From the NCBI GenBank assembly GCA_964495875.1, contig CAZBWB010000001.1, positions 315,122 through 379,121 on the forward strand: DNA of 64,000 nt, read 5' to 3'. Source of the stretch: Candidatus Woesearchaeota archaeon. Its GTDB lineage: Archaea; Nanobdellota; Nanobdellia; Pacearchaeales; GW2011-AR1. Below, piece by piece: positions 36,649-47,000 of the stretch (its first letter is position 1; each line of letters begins with the position of its first letter). A program made the translations under genes and the position numbers. The notes beneath the pieces were generated by a model. The model saw nothing but the letters and a program-made list of their open reading frames with translations, made no database searches and was not told the origin of the DNA.

Positions 36649-36927
36649 TTATATCAAATCTTCTGGGATTTCTTCCACCTCAGAATCAGGACTAGGCAAA
36701 GCAGATTTATTTATTATGAAAATATCGCTTATTGCCTTCACAAAATGGTGCGGAATTATAACTCCTTTTGCCCCTCCGATCAATGAAATGATGCTTCCTC
36801 CGACCCTGATTCTCCATCCTTCAATCTTGTTTTCAGCTAAATTCGCTTCTTCAACTTCTCCGAAAAAATCTCCAGAATCTGTATAAACCTTAATTCCAAT
36901 CACTTCTGTTACTTTTTTTATTCTCAT
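36649..36927 (-). CDS. PRC-barrel-like small protein
   Basis: From the internal ATG at 36927: MRIKKVTEVIGIKVYTDSGDFFGEVEEANLAENKIEGWRIRVGG, which fits the PRC-barrel pattern. The upstream part of the ORF overlaps the divergent gene's start region and is unlikely to be coding. Confidence 0.5.
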   Translation of the reverse strand: MRIKKVTEVIGIKVYTDSGDFFGEVEEANLAENKIEGWRIRVGGSIISLIGGAKGVIIPHHFVKAISDIFIINKSALPSPDSEVEEIPEDLI

Positions 36928-37032
36928 TTTGAGCCTCTGTTCTGTAATAAAAATTACCATATCTTCTTTAAATAATTTTCCATGATTAAAAGCAATAACA
37001 AATTTTATAAAAAACCCCTGCCTCAACATTTT

Positions 37033-37665
37033 ATGATAAATAAGAAAGAAATAATTCTTATTTTACTGGTAATTTTAATACTATCTTTTACCCTGAATTT
37101 ACTGGAAGACTGGAATGCATTTCTGTTGATTCTGTCATCTGTCTCAATTATTATCGTGGCAAATATATTTATGAAAAAAATTCTTGCATATTATCTCGAC
37201 TCAGAAATAGAAATAAAACTCTGGGGAATAAGAAGATTTGGATTTAAGGCAAGCCAGCATTTTAAAAGGGTTTTTCCTGCAGGAATATTTTTTCCGATTA
37301 TTTCCAAGGCTCTGCTCTTTCCGTTTAAAAATTTTATATGGCTGGCATCACTGGTATTTGATGTAAAGCCAAAAGTTTACAGAGCTGCGAAAAGACACGG
37401 GTCTTATTCATTTTCAGAAATAACAGAAGGACAAATCGGGATTATAGCAGCATCAGGAATTGTAATTAATCTAATCCTGGCAGTAATTGGTTATTTCCTC
37501 GGATTTCACACTTTTACACAGCTGAATATCTATTATGCATTTTTTAATATGCTGCCCATATCTGATTTAGACGGAAACAAAATATTTTTTGGAAACATCG
37601 TTTTGTGGATTTTCCTCGCAGCCCTTACCCTCATAGGATTTTTACTTTCAATCCTGATAATCTAA
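37033..37665 (+). CDS. M50/site-2-protease-like membrane protein lacking the HExxH motif
   Basis: The C-terminal S2P signature FFNMLPISDLDGNKIFFG and an AASGIVINLILAV segment are present. The position expected for HExxH reads FMKKILAYY. Confidence 0.5.
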   Translation: MINKKEIILILLVILILSFTLNLLEDWNAFLLILSSVSIIIVANIFMKKILAYYLDSEIEIKLWGIRRFGFKASQHFKRVFPAGIFFPIISKALLFPFKNFIWLASLVFDVKPKVYRAAKRHGSYSFSEITEGQIGIIAASGIVINLILAVIGYFLGFHTFTQLNIYYAFFNMLPISDLDGNKIFFGNIVLWIFLAALTLIGFLLSILII

Positions 37666-37697
37666 AACTATTTAAAAAACAATTCATAAAAAAACCT

Positions 37698-37907
37698 ATG
37701 GAAAAAGAAAATTTCTTCAAAAAGCCACTTCCCGCAGGAATAATTGGCATAATCGCATTAATCGGCGGATTCTATTTTTTAGGCAATAGTATGACTGGCA
37801 GAGTCATTACAGAGCACAATCTAAATTTTAGTCTATTATCAATAATCGGCTTGCTGTTGATTATATGTTCTTTTATTCTGATTATATATTCTGTAAAAAA
37901 AAGATAA
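37698..37907 (+). CDS. Small 2-TM membrane protein
   Basis: Internal ATG at 37698 (MEKENFFKKPLPAGIIGIIALIGGFYFL...). The upstream part of the listed ORF overlaps the previous gene. Confidence 0.4.
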   Translation: MEKENFFKKPLPAGIIGIIALIGGFYFLGNSMTGRVITEHNLNFSLLSIIGLLLIICSFILIIYSVKKR

Positions 37908-37908
37908 T

Positions 37909-39450
37909 ATGGAATTTTTGACAGGGATTAGTCCCAGAGAATATCAAAAAAAAATTTTTGAAACATGCAGAGAGAAAAATTGCTTAGTTGTGCTTCCGAC
38001 AGGCTTGGGAAAAACTCTGATAGCGTTGATGCTCACGATAGACAGAATGAAAAAATTTCCAAAAGAGAAAGTGGTTTTTCTCGCTCCGACACGCCCTTTG
38101 GCAGAACAGCATTTAAGAACTTTTATAAAATACCTACCGGAATTGTTTGCAGATATGCAGTTATTCACAGGAAAAGTTCCTGCCCAGAAAAGACAGGAAA
38201 TCTGGAAGACCTCAGACATAATTTTTTCAACTCCCCAGTGCGTTGCAAATGATTTAAGGAATAACCTCTATAATTTAGAAAATGTCTGCCTGCTCGTGGA
38301 AGATGAAGCCCACAGATGCATTAAAAATTACGATTATAATTTCATAGCAAGAAAATACCAAGAACAATCACAACATCAGCGGATTTTAGGACTCACGGCA
38401 TCTCCTGGAAGTGATAAATCAAAAATTAAAAAAATATGCGAAAATCTTTTTGTCAAAGAAGTCGAATTAAGAACTCGGGACAGTCATGATGTAAAGGATT
38501 ATCTGCAGGAATTAAAATTTGAAAAAGTAATAATTGATTTTCCTCTGGAATTTGAAGAAATCAGGCATGTATTAAAAAAAATTTTTGATTCATACATAGA
38601 TGAACTCAAGCACAGAAAAATCTTATGGGAATCTCCCTCAAAAACAGGGCTTATTAATCTTCAAAAAAAAATAACAGCAGCATTAGGAAGAGGAAATCGT
38701 AATTTTAATTATATGCTTGGAGCAAGTGCATGTGCTCAGGCGATAAAAATTCAGCATGCATTAGAACTTTTAGAGACACAGACACTAACGGGCTTTAACA
38801 AATATTTAAAGAATCTAATCGAACAGGCAGAAAAAAAACAAAGCAGGGGGGTTGTCAGGCTTGTATCCAAATCAGAATTTAATTTTATTTTCATGAGGAC
38901 AAATGAACTTTTAACAAAAGGATTCGAACATCCTAAAATCAATAAATCGATAGAAATAATCGAAAAAGAACAATCAAAAAATGAAAAAACAAAAATAATT
39001 GTTTTCACACAATTCAGGGATACTGCAAAAATAATTTCTGAGGAACTCAACAAGATTCCTGAAATAAATGCAAAAGTGTTTGTCGGACAGGCAAAAAAGG
39101 CTGACACTGGCTTGAGTCAAAAAGAGCAAAAGAAAATAATAGAAGATTTTTCCAGCGGAAAAATAAATGTCCTTTGTGCAACGAGTATTGGAGAAGAAGG
39201 CCTGGACATTCCTGAAGTAAATGCTGTTATCTTTTACGAATCAGTTCCTTCAGCCATAAGAAAAATCCAGAGAAGCGGACGTACGGCAAGATTGATGAAA
39301 GGAAAATTAATTATACTGGTAACAAAAGGCACCAGAGATGAAGCATTTTATTATGTATCCAAGGCAAAAGAAAGAAAGATGCATTCTGCAATACATTCGA
39401 TAAAAGAAGAACTGTCAAACACAAAAGAAAGACAAATCCAGCTAAAATGA
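37909..39450 (+). CDS. hef: Hef/FANCM-type SF2 helicase (helicase half only)
   Basis: REYQKKIFETCREKNCLVVLPTGLGKTLIA (motif I), DEAH box (LLVEDEAHRC), LGLTASPG, and motif VI QRSGRTAR. It ends with ATGA overlapping the next ORF. Confidence 0.8.
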   Translation: MEFLTGISPREYQKKIFETCREKNCLVVLPTGLGKTLIALMLTIDRMKKFPKEKVVFLAPTRPLAEQHLRTFIKYLPELFADMQLFTGKVPAQKRQEIWKTSDIIFSTPQCVANDLRNNLYNLENVCLLVEDEAHRCIKNYDYNFIARKYQEQSQHQRILGLTASPGSDKSKIKKICENLFVKEVELRTRDSHDVKDYLQELKFEKVIIDFPLEFEEIRHVLKKIFDSYIDELKHRKILWESPSKTGLINLQKKITAALGRGNRNFNYMLGASACAQAIKIQHALELLETQTLTGFNKYLKNLIEQAEKKQSRGVVRLVSKSEFNFIFMRTNELLTKGFEHPKINKSIEIIEKEQSKNEKTKIIVFTQFRDTAKIISEELNKIPEINAKVFVGQAKKADTGLSQKEQKKIIEDFSSGKINVLCATSIGEEGLDIPEVNAVIFYESVPSAIRKIQRSGRTARLMKGKLIILVTKGTRDEAFYYVSKAKERKMHSAIHSIKEELSNTKERQIQLK

Positions 39451-40223
39451 AGGAGATATTTAACATTTTTCTAAAACAAAAAGGAAGCTCAAGTAAAAAG
39501 CAAATTCAGAAAACAAAAATCATAGCAGATTACAGGGAAAGAAATTGTCTTGTTTCTTCAGAACTTATTCATTTAGGGATGGAAATAGAGTTCAGAGAAC
39601 TAAAAGTTGCGGACTATCTTGTAAATGATATTGCTATAGAAAGAAAAACAGTTTCTGATTTTATTTCCTCTATGATAAACAGGAGATTGATAAAACAGTT
39701 AGAGGAATTGCAGCAGTATAAAGATAAACTTTTGATCATTGAAGGAATCGATGAACAGGAACTCTATTCAGAAGAATATGCAAGAGAAGAACGTTTTCAT
39801 TCAGAGGCAAATAAAGAAAACGCTTTTCCGCATCAAGAGGGAAAATCGAAAAAAACCGCAGGTTGTTTTCAGGGTGTCCATCCAAATTCAATAAGAGGCT
39901 TCCTGCTTTCCATACTAATAAAACATAAGATTCCGATAATTTTTACAAAAAATTACAAAGATACTGCAAGTTTCATCTCTATTCTTGCAAAAAGAAAATC
40001 CAAAGAACTCTCGTTAAATGTTTCAAAAAAATCACTGAATAAAAAAGAAAGACTGCAGTTTATTTTAGAAGGTTTTCCAGGAATAGGTCCGAAAACTGCA
40101 AAAAAACTTCTAAAAAAATTTAAAACAATCAAAAACATAATTAATGCTTCAGAAGAAGATTTAAGGGAAACTCTTGGAAAAAAAGCAGAAATTATAAAAA
40201 AAATCATAGAGGACGAGTATTGA
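39447..40223 (+). CDS. ERCC4/XPF-type nuclease with C-terminal (HhH)2 (nuclease half of Hef)
   Basis: ADYRE ... VADYLV ... ERKTVSDFISSMINRRLIKQL (ERCC4 GDxnERKx3D core), then LEGFPGIGPKTAKKLLKKF HhH. There is a ~45-aa insertion (EEYAREERFHSEANKEN...). Confidence 0.75.
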   Translation: MKEIFNIFLKQKGSSSKKQIQKTKIIADYRERNCLVSSELIHLGMEIEFRELKVADYLVNDIAIERKTVSDFISSMINRRLIKQLEELQQYKDKLLIIEGIDEQELYSEEYAREERFHSEANKENAFPHQEGKSKKTAGCFQGVHPNSIRGFLLSILIKHKIPIIFTKNYKDTASFISILAKRKSKELSLNVSKKSLNKKERLQFILEGFPGIGPKTAKKLLKKFKTIKNIINASEEDLRETLGKKAEIIKKIIEDEY

Positions 40224-40479
40224 TATGTCTCAAAATTTCTTTTTCAATAAAATTATCTATACTAAAAATAAATGTTGATGGCTTCGTATTTCTCCTGTCT
40301 ATAAAATCATAAATTAATCTGGCAATTTCTCCTTTCTCATCTCCAATAAATGGATCAACAAACCTGCTCTTAAGATATTTCACGTCTATTTCCGGATTGG
40401 GATTATTATAAACCTCTTTAAAATTAGAGATAAGTTTCTTTATTTCTGCTTCATCCATTAAAATAGTATTAAATATCAA
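40204..40479 (-). CDS. Hypothetical small protein
   Basis: 91-aa ORF with no recognisable motif. It overlaps the convergent gene's end by 20 nt. Confidence 0.35.
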   Translation of the reverse strand: MIFNTILMDEAEIKKLISNFKEVYNNPNPEIDVKYLKSRFVDPFIGDEKGEIARLIYDFIDRRNTKPSTFIFSIDNFIEKEILRHINTRPL

Positions 40480-40565
40480 TGTTTTTTAAAAAATACTGTA
40501 TTGCAAAATATTCTTTACATCACAAAAGTTATATAAAACGAGAAAATCTTTCTTATTCATATTTT

Positions 40566-41087
40566 TTATTCTGAATTATATTTCTCTATGTCTTCATATA
40601 CAGGACCTTGCTCTGTTAGAGTTGATTTTTTTAATCTAAAATCATTAACTATAAATTTTATTTGAGGAATTTTCATTTTTTGTATTTTGACTAAAAATTC
40701 CTTTCTGTCCTTAACTGCCTTGACTCTCGCAATAGTCAAATGACTCATAAATCTGTTTTCTGGATTGAATAAATCCTCTAATTTTCTATCTATTTCTTTT
40801 TGCAACTTATCACATTCAGAAAGATGCAGCCAAACGATTCTGATGAATTTTTCAGAAAAAACCCCTATATAATCTATCTCTGTTTCAAATTTCTTAAATC
40901 TGATTTCTCCTAATCTATTTTTTACTTCTTCAATTTTTCCCTCATCGGTTTCTCCTAAAAATTTCAGAGTCAGATGCAGATTTTCAGATTCTGTTTTCTT
41001 TCCAAAAAATTCCGGAAGCTTATCCTGAATTCTCTTTATCTCTCTACGAACCTCTTCAGGAATATCAATTGAAATAAAAGTTCTCAT
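40566..41087 (-). CDS. thpR: RNA 2',3'-cyclic phosphodiesterase / 2'-5' RNA ligase (2H family, LigT/ThpR)
   Basis: Two HxT/S motifs, HLTLKFLGE and HLTIARV, at the spacing typical of 2H phosphoesterases. 173 aa. Confidence 0.75.
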   Translation of the reverse strand: MRTFISIDIPEEVRREIKRIQDKLPEFFGKKTESENLHLTLKFLGETDEGKIEEVKNRLGEIRFKKFETEIDYIGVFSEKFIRIVWLHLSECDKLQKEIDRKLEDLFNPENRFMSHLTIARVKAVKDRKEFLVKIQKMKIPQIKFIVNDFRLKKSTLTEQGPVYEDIEKYNSE

Positions 41088-41094
41088 TTTTACT

Positions 41095-44000
41095 TTATTT
41101 TTTTCTTTTCCATTTATAAAACTTTTCTCCCCTACCTGTTCCCACTTTTTCTCCTTTTCTTCTTTTTAACAATACAACGATGCCTGTAATAACTAAAACA
41201 GCACTTCCAATACCAATCAAAATCCATAACCAATAAGATTTAATTATCTCAACAAAACTGTTTAGTATTTTTCCAGTTTTTTCAAATATTTTCTCTTTAA
41301 CTTTTTCAGGCTCTTCGATAATCTTTCCAGCAATTACAAAATAACTAAATGAATCTAATTCAAGATCATAATAATAGTATCCATCATCTTCACTAATATA
41401 ATTAGTTTCCAGCACTTCCCACTCTTGAGAAGATTCATTAAATCTCAATATTTCAATATTGTCTCTCTCAATTTTATTCTCAGAAAGCCAGTTTTTCTCA
41501 ACCCAGATGATTATTACACTTTTTTCCAAGTTCTTTTCTAAATTTTCTGTCTCAATTTGAAAGTACTTATAGACTTTTGCCTCAATTTCTTTTTGAACTT
41601 CTGTCAATTTGCTGGCATGACTGATAACAGTTATTCTAGCGTTTTGTGTTTTATTTTTAACCTCAATTTGAATCTGTTTTATTCCGATTTCTGTGTCAAA
41701 ATTCTTCATTATTTCTATATCTCCAGGAGTAATTAATGGAAATAAGTGAGTATTGTTTTCTGCTGCAGATATTTTTGTCTCTCTCCCTCCTCCGCCGCCC
41801 CCTCCCCCACTGACAGGGCTAGTATAGGCAACAGTTAAGTTACGAGTTGAAGAATTTCCCATATTTCCTGAGAAATCAGTGCAATTGACACTCCAGTTAT
41901 AGGGGGCATTAGACAATGATCTTGTCAATGTCTGTGTTGTATCTCTTGTTACAGAACTCTCTGTATAACTTATATTGCTGTTTAATATCAAACTGCAATT
42001 AGATATACTATTCTCATCAGTAACATTATAACTGAAAGTAACTGTTGAACTTGATGTCCATCTTGACCCACCACTAGGAGAGACCAGACTTACTACAGGA
42101 GAAGTAGAATCAAGGATACTTAAATTATAAACTAGAGAAGTTCCTATATTATTATTGGAATCAGTGCAATTGACACTCCAGTTATAATTTCCATTAGCAA
42201 AAGTCTGGACAAATGTCTGATTTACATTTCTTGTTACAGAAACATTTGTCTGGTTTATTATATTATTAATTATCAAAGAACAGTTGTCTATAGAACTTGC
42301 ATCAGTCACGTTATAGATGAATGTGACTGTACTTGTAGAACTTGCTGAATTATTCCCAGGATAAGTTAAATTTATTGTTGGTGCTGTTGAATCAATAGTA
42401 AAGAATATTGTTGATGAATTTTCATTGCCAAGAGTATCATTAGCCCAAACAGTTACATTATGACTTCCCTCACTCCATGTCACACCAGTAATATTAGTTC
42501 CACAATTTGCTAATGAAACATTAACTTCCTTAGTATCATTGTGATACCAACAATATGCCAGATTAGTATCTGAAACACTATAGTTTACATTCAATCCAGT
42601 ATTAGAATGATTAGAAGCATTTGTTGGATATGTTATATTGATATCAGGATTTACTGAATCAATCATAAAAAACACTATTGAACTATTCTCATTTCCCACA
42701 GTATCATTAGCCCAAACAGTTACATTATGCTCTCCTTCACTCCATGTTACTGTTGTGATATTAGTTCCACAATCTGCCAATGAAACATTAACTTCCTTAG
42801 TATCATTGTGATACCAACAATATGCCAGATTAGTATCACTCACACTGTAATTTACATTAAGATTAAGATTAGAAGAGTTTGTATTATTAATTGGATATGT
42901 TATATTAATATCAGGATTAGTTGTATCTATATTAAAAGTCATATTAGTCGAGTTAGAATTTCCTAAGGTATCATTGCAGTATACTGTCCAAGTGTTATTT
43001 CCTTCTATAGAAGATAATCCTGTCCAATTAGTTCCCATTGCCACAGGAGATGATTTTGTAGCTCCGCTATCATTAGACCACTGACAATATCCGGGATTAC
43101 TTTCAATATAAGTGTAATTAATGGCAGTAACTTCTGCATTATATGATATATTTGAAGGATAGTCGAAGGTAATTTCAGGATTAATTGTATCTATCATAAA
43201 GAACACTATTGAACTATTCTCATTACCAGCAGTATCATTACACCAAACCGTAGCATTATGCTCTCCCTCTGACCATACTACAGAAGTTACATTTGCACCG
43301 CTTGATAAGGTTGTATTCTTTGAATTTGTATCATTCGTATACCAGCAAGATGCCAGGTTTGTATCTGAACGACTGAAATTGATATCCAAGTTTACATTAG
43401 AAGAGTTTGTATTATTAATTGGATAAATAATATTGATATCAGGATTAAAATTATCCTGGAAATATGTTACACTTGTAATTCCAGGATTATCCAGAGTATC
43501 ATTACAATATAAAGTTAAATTATTTGAACCCTCAGCAGAGTTGATATTTGTAAAGTTGGTTCCCATTGCCACAGCGGTGGAATTGGTTGTTCCACCATCC
43601 AGACTCCACCAACAATGTCCTGGATTTGTCTCAACATAAGTATAATTTAGTTTAGTTATATTTACATTATAAGTCTGATTAGCAGGATATGCTATTGTCA
43701 TTGAAGGAATTGAAGAATCTACAAAAAATGTAACAGTTTCTGAATTATTTATGTTATCTGAGGTATCGTTACAATAAAAGACTGCTGTATTAGAACCCTG
43801 TGATGCTGTTCCTGTCGCATTCCAGTATGTTGGTGAAGTTGAAGCATTTGTCATAGTATGGTTTGTATTTCCTGAATCAAGTGAATACAAACATGTGCTC
43901 ATTCCTGTCTCATCTACAGCAGTAACATTGAATGTGATTGTAGCATTTGTATATGTTGTATTACCAGGAGTGTTGATTGTTACATTTGGTGCTATTGCAT

Positions 44001-47000
44001 CAGTTATACTCAGAGTATAATTGCTATCTCCCCAATCACTATTGCTATCATTATCATAAGCTAAGCAATTCCAAATATAAGTTCCTGTAGATAAATTCTT
44101 AATAAAAGTACTTTCATTAGATGTCCCTGTAACATTACTTGTCTCATTCAAATGCCATCCATCACTCCAGTTTCCATATAAGCTTATGTTCACTAAACCA
44201 GAATTATCAATTGCTGAACAATTGAATGTTATTGAAGTTGATGAAGTTGAATTTCCATTAGCTGGGGAATTTAGTGTTACAACAGTATATTGAGATACTG
44301 GGTTATATTCATATGCTCCTATATCCCATTCTGCACTTCCATTGCTATCACCATCTATTGGTCTAACCACACCATTAAAACTTGTATTAAAAATATTGGA
44401 AAGGTCTGTTCCATTGTCAATTGCTGGAGAGTTGACTGTTAAAGTTGTTTCAGTTGAACTATATTCTCCAGAAGGGATAGCTTGCCATAAAGGATTTCCA
44501 TCAAATTCACCAGTTCCCAAAGTTACGCCCCTAGAACCAGAGGGGAAATAATATTGATTATAAATATGTGTTGCATAATTTGCATCTACATTCAAACATG
44601 ATCCATTGCCTGCTTGGTAAAATATATTGTTTTTCATATCTACAAGTTCATTAGACGTCATAGCCAGGCTTGTCCCTAAAATGTAATTGCTATTATCAGC
44701 ATAAATGGAATTATGATAAAATTTGATATTTAAATTGTCTTCAGAAGAATAGAAAAATATAGGTATACTAGAATTATATATAAGATTGTTATAAATCTCT
44801 ATATAATTTGATGTACTATTCATACCATTAACTGTTAAAAGATACGGCCTTCTGGTATCTGGATTATCTCGTATTAAGTTTGAATAGATTTTCCCATAAC
44901 TAGATGAGCCTCTAATTTGAAGAAGAGCATTGTGATCCCAACCAGCATCATCAGAAAAATAATCTTGTTGAATAGAATGATGAAACTCATTATGGTGAAT
45001 AGAGAAGTTTGGAGAATATCTTAGTTCATTTCCCCTATGTGCATATCCAACAATATTATATCTAACAGTTAAGTTGTCATTATTTTGACTTGCATCATCA
45101 GCTGCAAAATCTAAACAATAATTATTCCCTCCCCAACTAAAGTTGCTTGATATGCCATTCCAATATCCACACTCATCAACATCACACCATTCAACAATTG
45201 CATTATCAGAATCATCTGCTATTTTAATTCCTTTGTTATAAGTATGTTTTGAATTACAATGAAAAAGCCAAGCACTTTGTGCTGGAGTTCCATTATATCC
45301 TTTTATATGAATATTACCATCTTCATCACCATCAGCAGAACAATTATAAAAATCCATGTCAATAAGGTTTAAATATTGGCCCATCCCACTGTAGAACCCT
45401 CTACCACCAGCATTTTGAACTCTTAATCTTTGAAGAGTCACGTATTCTTTTTGAGTAGCACTAAAGCAGATACTTCCCCCTTCAGAAGCATTTATAATTG
45501 GCCGTTCTTGATTATAACCAACAAGAATAAATCTACTAGTGTCATTAGTTCCAGAGGGCAAACTAAAGCTATATTCATTATAAATTCCATCCCAACCACC
45601 ATGTGCTCCTCTTATTATAATAACTTTATCTCCTGAGACTGCTTGAGTTAGTGCATACCCAATAGTCGCGCAAGGAGAACCAAAAGTCTGACAATCTCCT
45701 GTATCAACCCCATCTTTCCCGTCAACATAATATTTTGTTCCCAGATAATAAGTTTTACCATTTGGATATTCATCATTTTTAATACTATAACTAGTTGTAT
45801 TCTCATTTATTGGAAAAGGAGTTGCATTAAAAATCCCTGCAGGTTTTCCATACCTATCAATACGATCATCCCATGAGAAATAATCTCCAGCACTAAAAGT
45901 GAGCAGACTAATATTTCTAACTTCTGAAATATTTGTATTAGTTCCATCTGAGCAATTAATCCACCATGTATAATCATCATTTCCCAGACTTGCATTTGCA
46001 GTAATTGTTGTTGAAGTAGCATTAAGAACAGATGAATTGTTTCCATAAGCCATATCACTTCCATTATTCAACCACAACAAACAATCGAGGATTGAAGCTG
46101 TTTCATCTGTTACATTAAATACAAAATCAGGAGTGTTGTCAGTAGTATTCAAGGTATTATTTGCAGGAGATTCTAAATAAACACTTGGTGCTGTTGTGTC
46201 TCCTGCACCGGTTATATTCAATGTATAATTAGCTGTTCCAAACCTGCAGTTGTTCTCATCATCACAAACATAACAGCTCCATTCATAATTTCCAACTGAC
46301 AAGCCACCAACACTGAAATTTGTTTCATTAGTTGTTCCTGTCACATTATTAGTTCCCTCAACACCCCACGCTCCTGACCAATTTCCATACAAACTTATAT
46401 TCACCAAACCAGAACTATCAATTGCAGAACAATTGAATGCAACAGTTGTACTGTTAGTTGAATTCAGATTTGACGGAGAATCCAAATCTACTCCCGGTAT
46501 TCCTGAAATCAATGGGTGTGGATAGTAATAAGGTTGATATAATTTTCCTGTAATAGTTTGTCCAATTGGATTAGTAAGAAAATAATTAGTATCCTCAACG
46601 ATATAAGAAGCGCATGATTCATTATTTAACTGAAATGTCACTGGATCACCATTTACCGTATTATTGTAAAAATATGTATCCTCAATTGGATCATAAGAAG
46701 TTGAATATTGGAAATCTATTCCTGTCTCCCATGTAATGTAGACATCAGGAACAATTTCTGTAATTTCCCAATAGTCAGTCCAATTTGCACCAGTCCCTGG
46801 TTCAGAATTTGCTGTTGATGTGTGATCCTGTAGACAAATATACTCTTCGCCGCCATGAGTACAAATAGCCGGAATCAGATAGTCATCGTAGACATCGTAT
46901 TCACTGAGCAACACATATGATGCTGGCGATCCTCCGGTGAGCGTATTGTTATACATCAACAGCCGTCCACCTCGCATATTTATCCATACGTGACTAGATG

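Noticed and set aside
41786-41809. Poly-glycine-encoding tract considered as a slipped-strand phase-variation site.
   Set aside because: The codons are mixed (GGG GGA GGG GGC GGC GGA GGA GGG on the coding strand), so there is no long homopolymer. It looks like a flexible hinge, not a contingency repeat.
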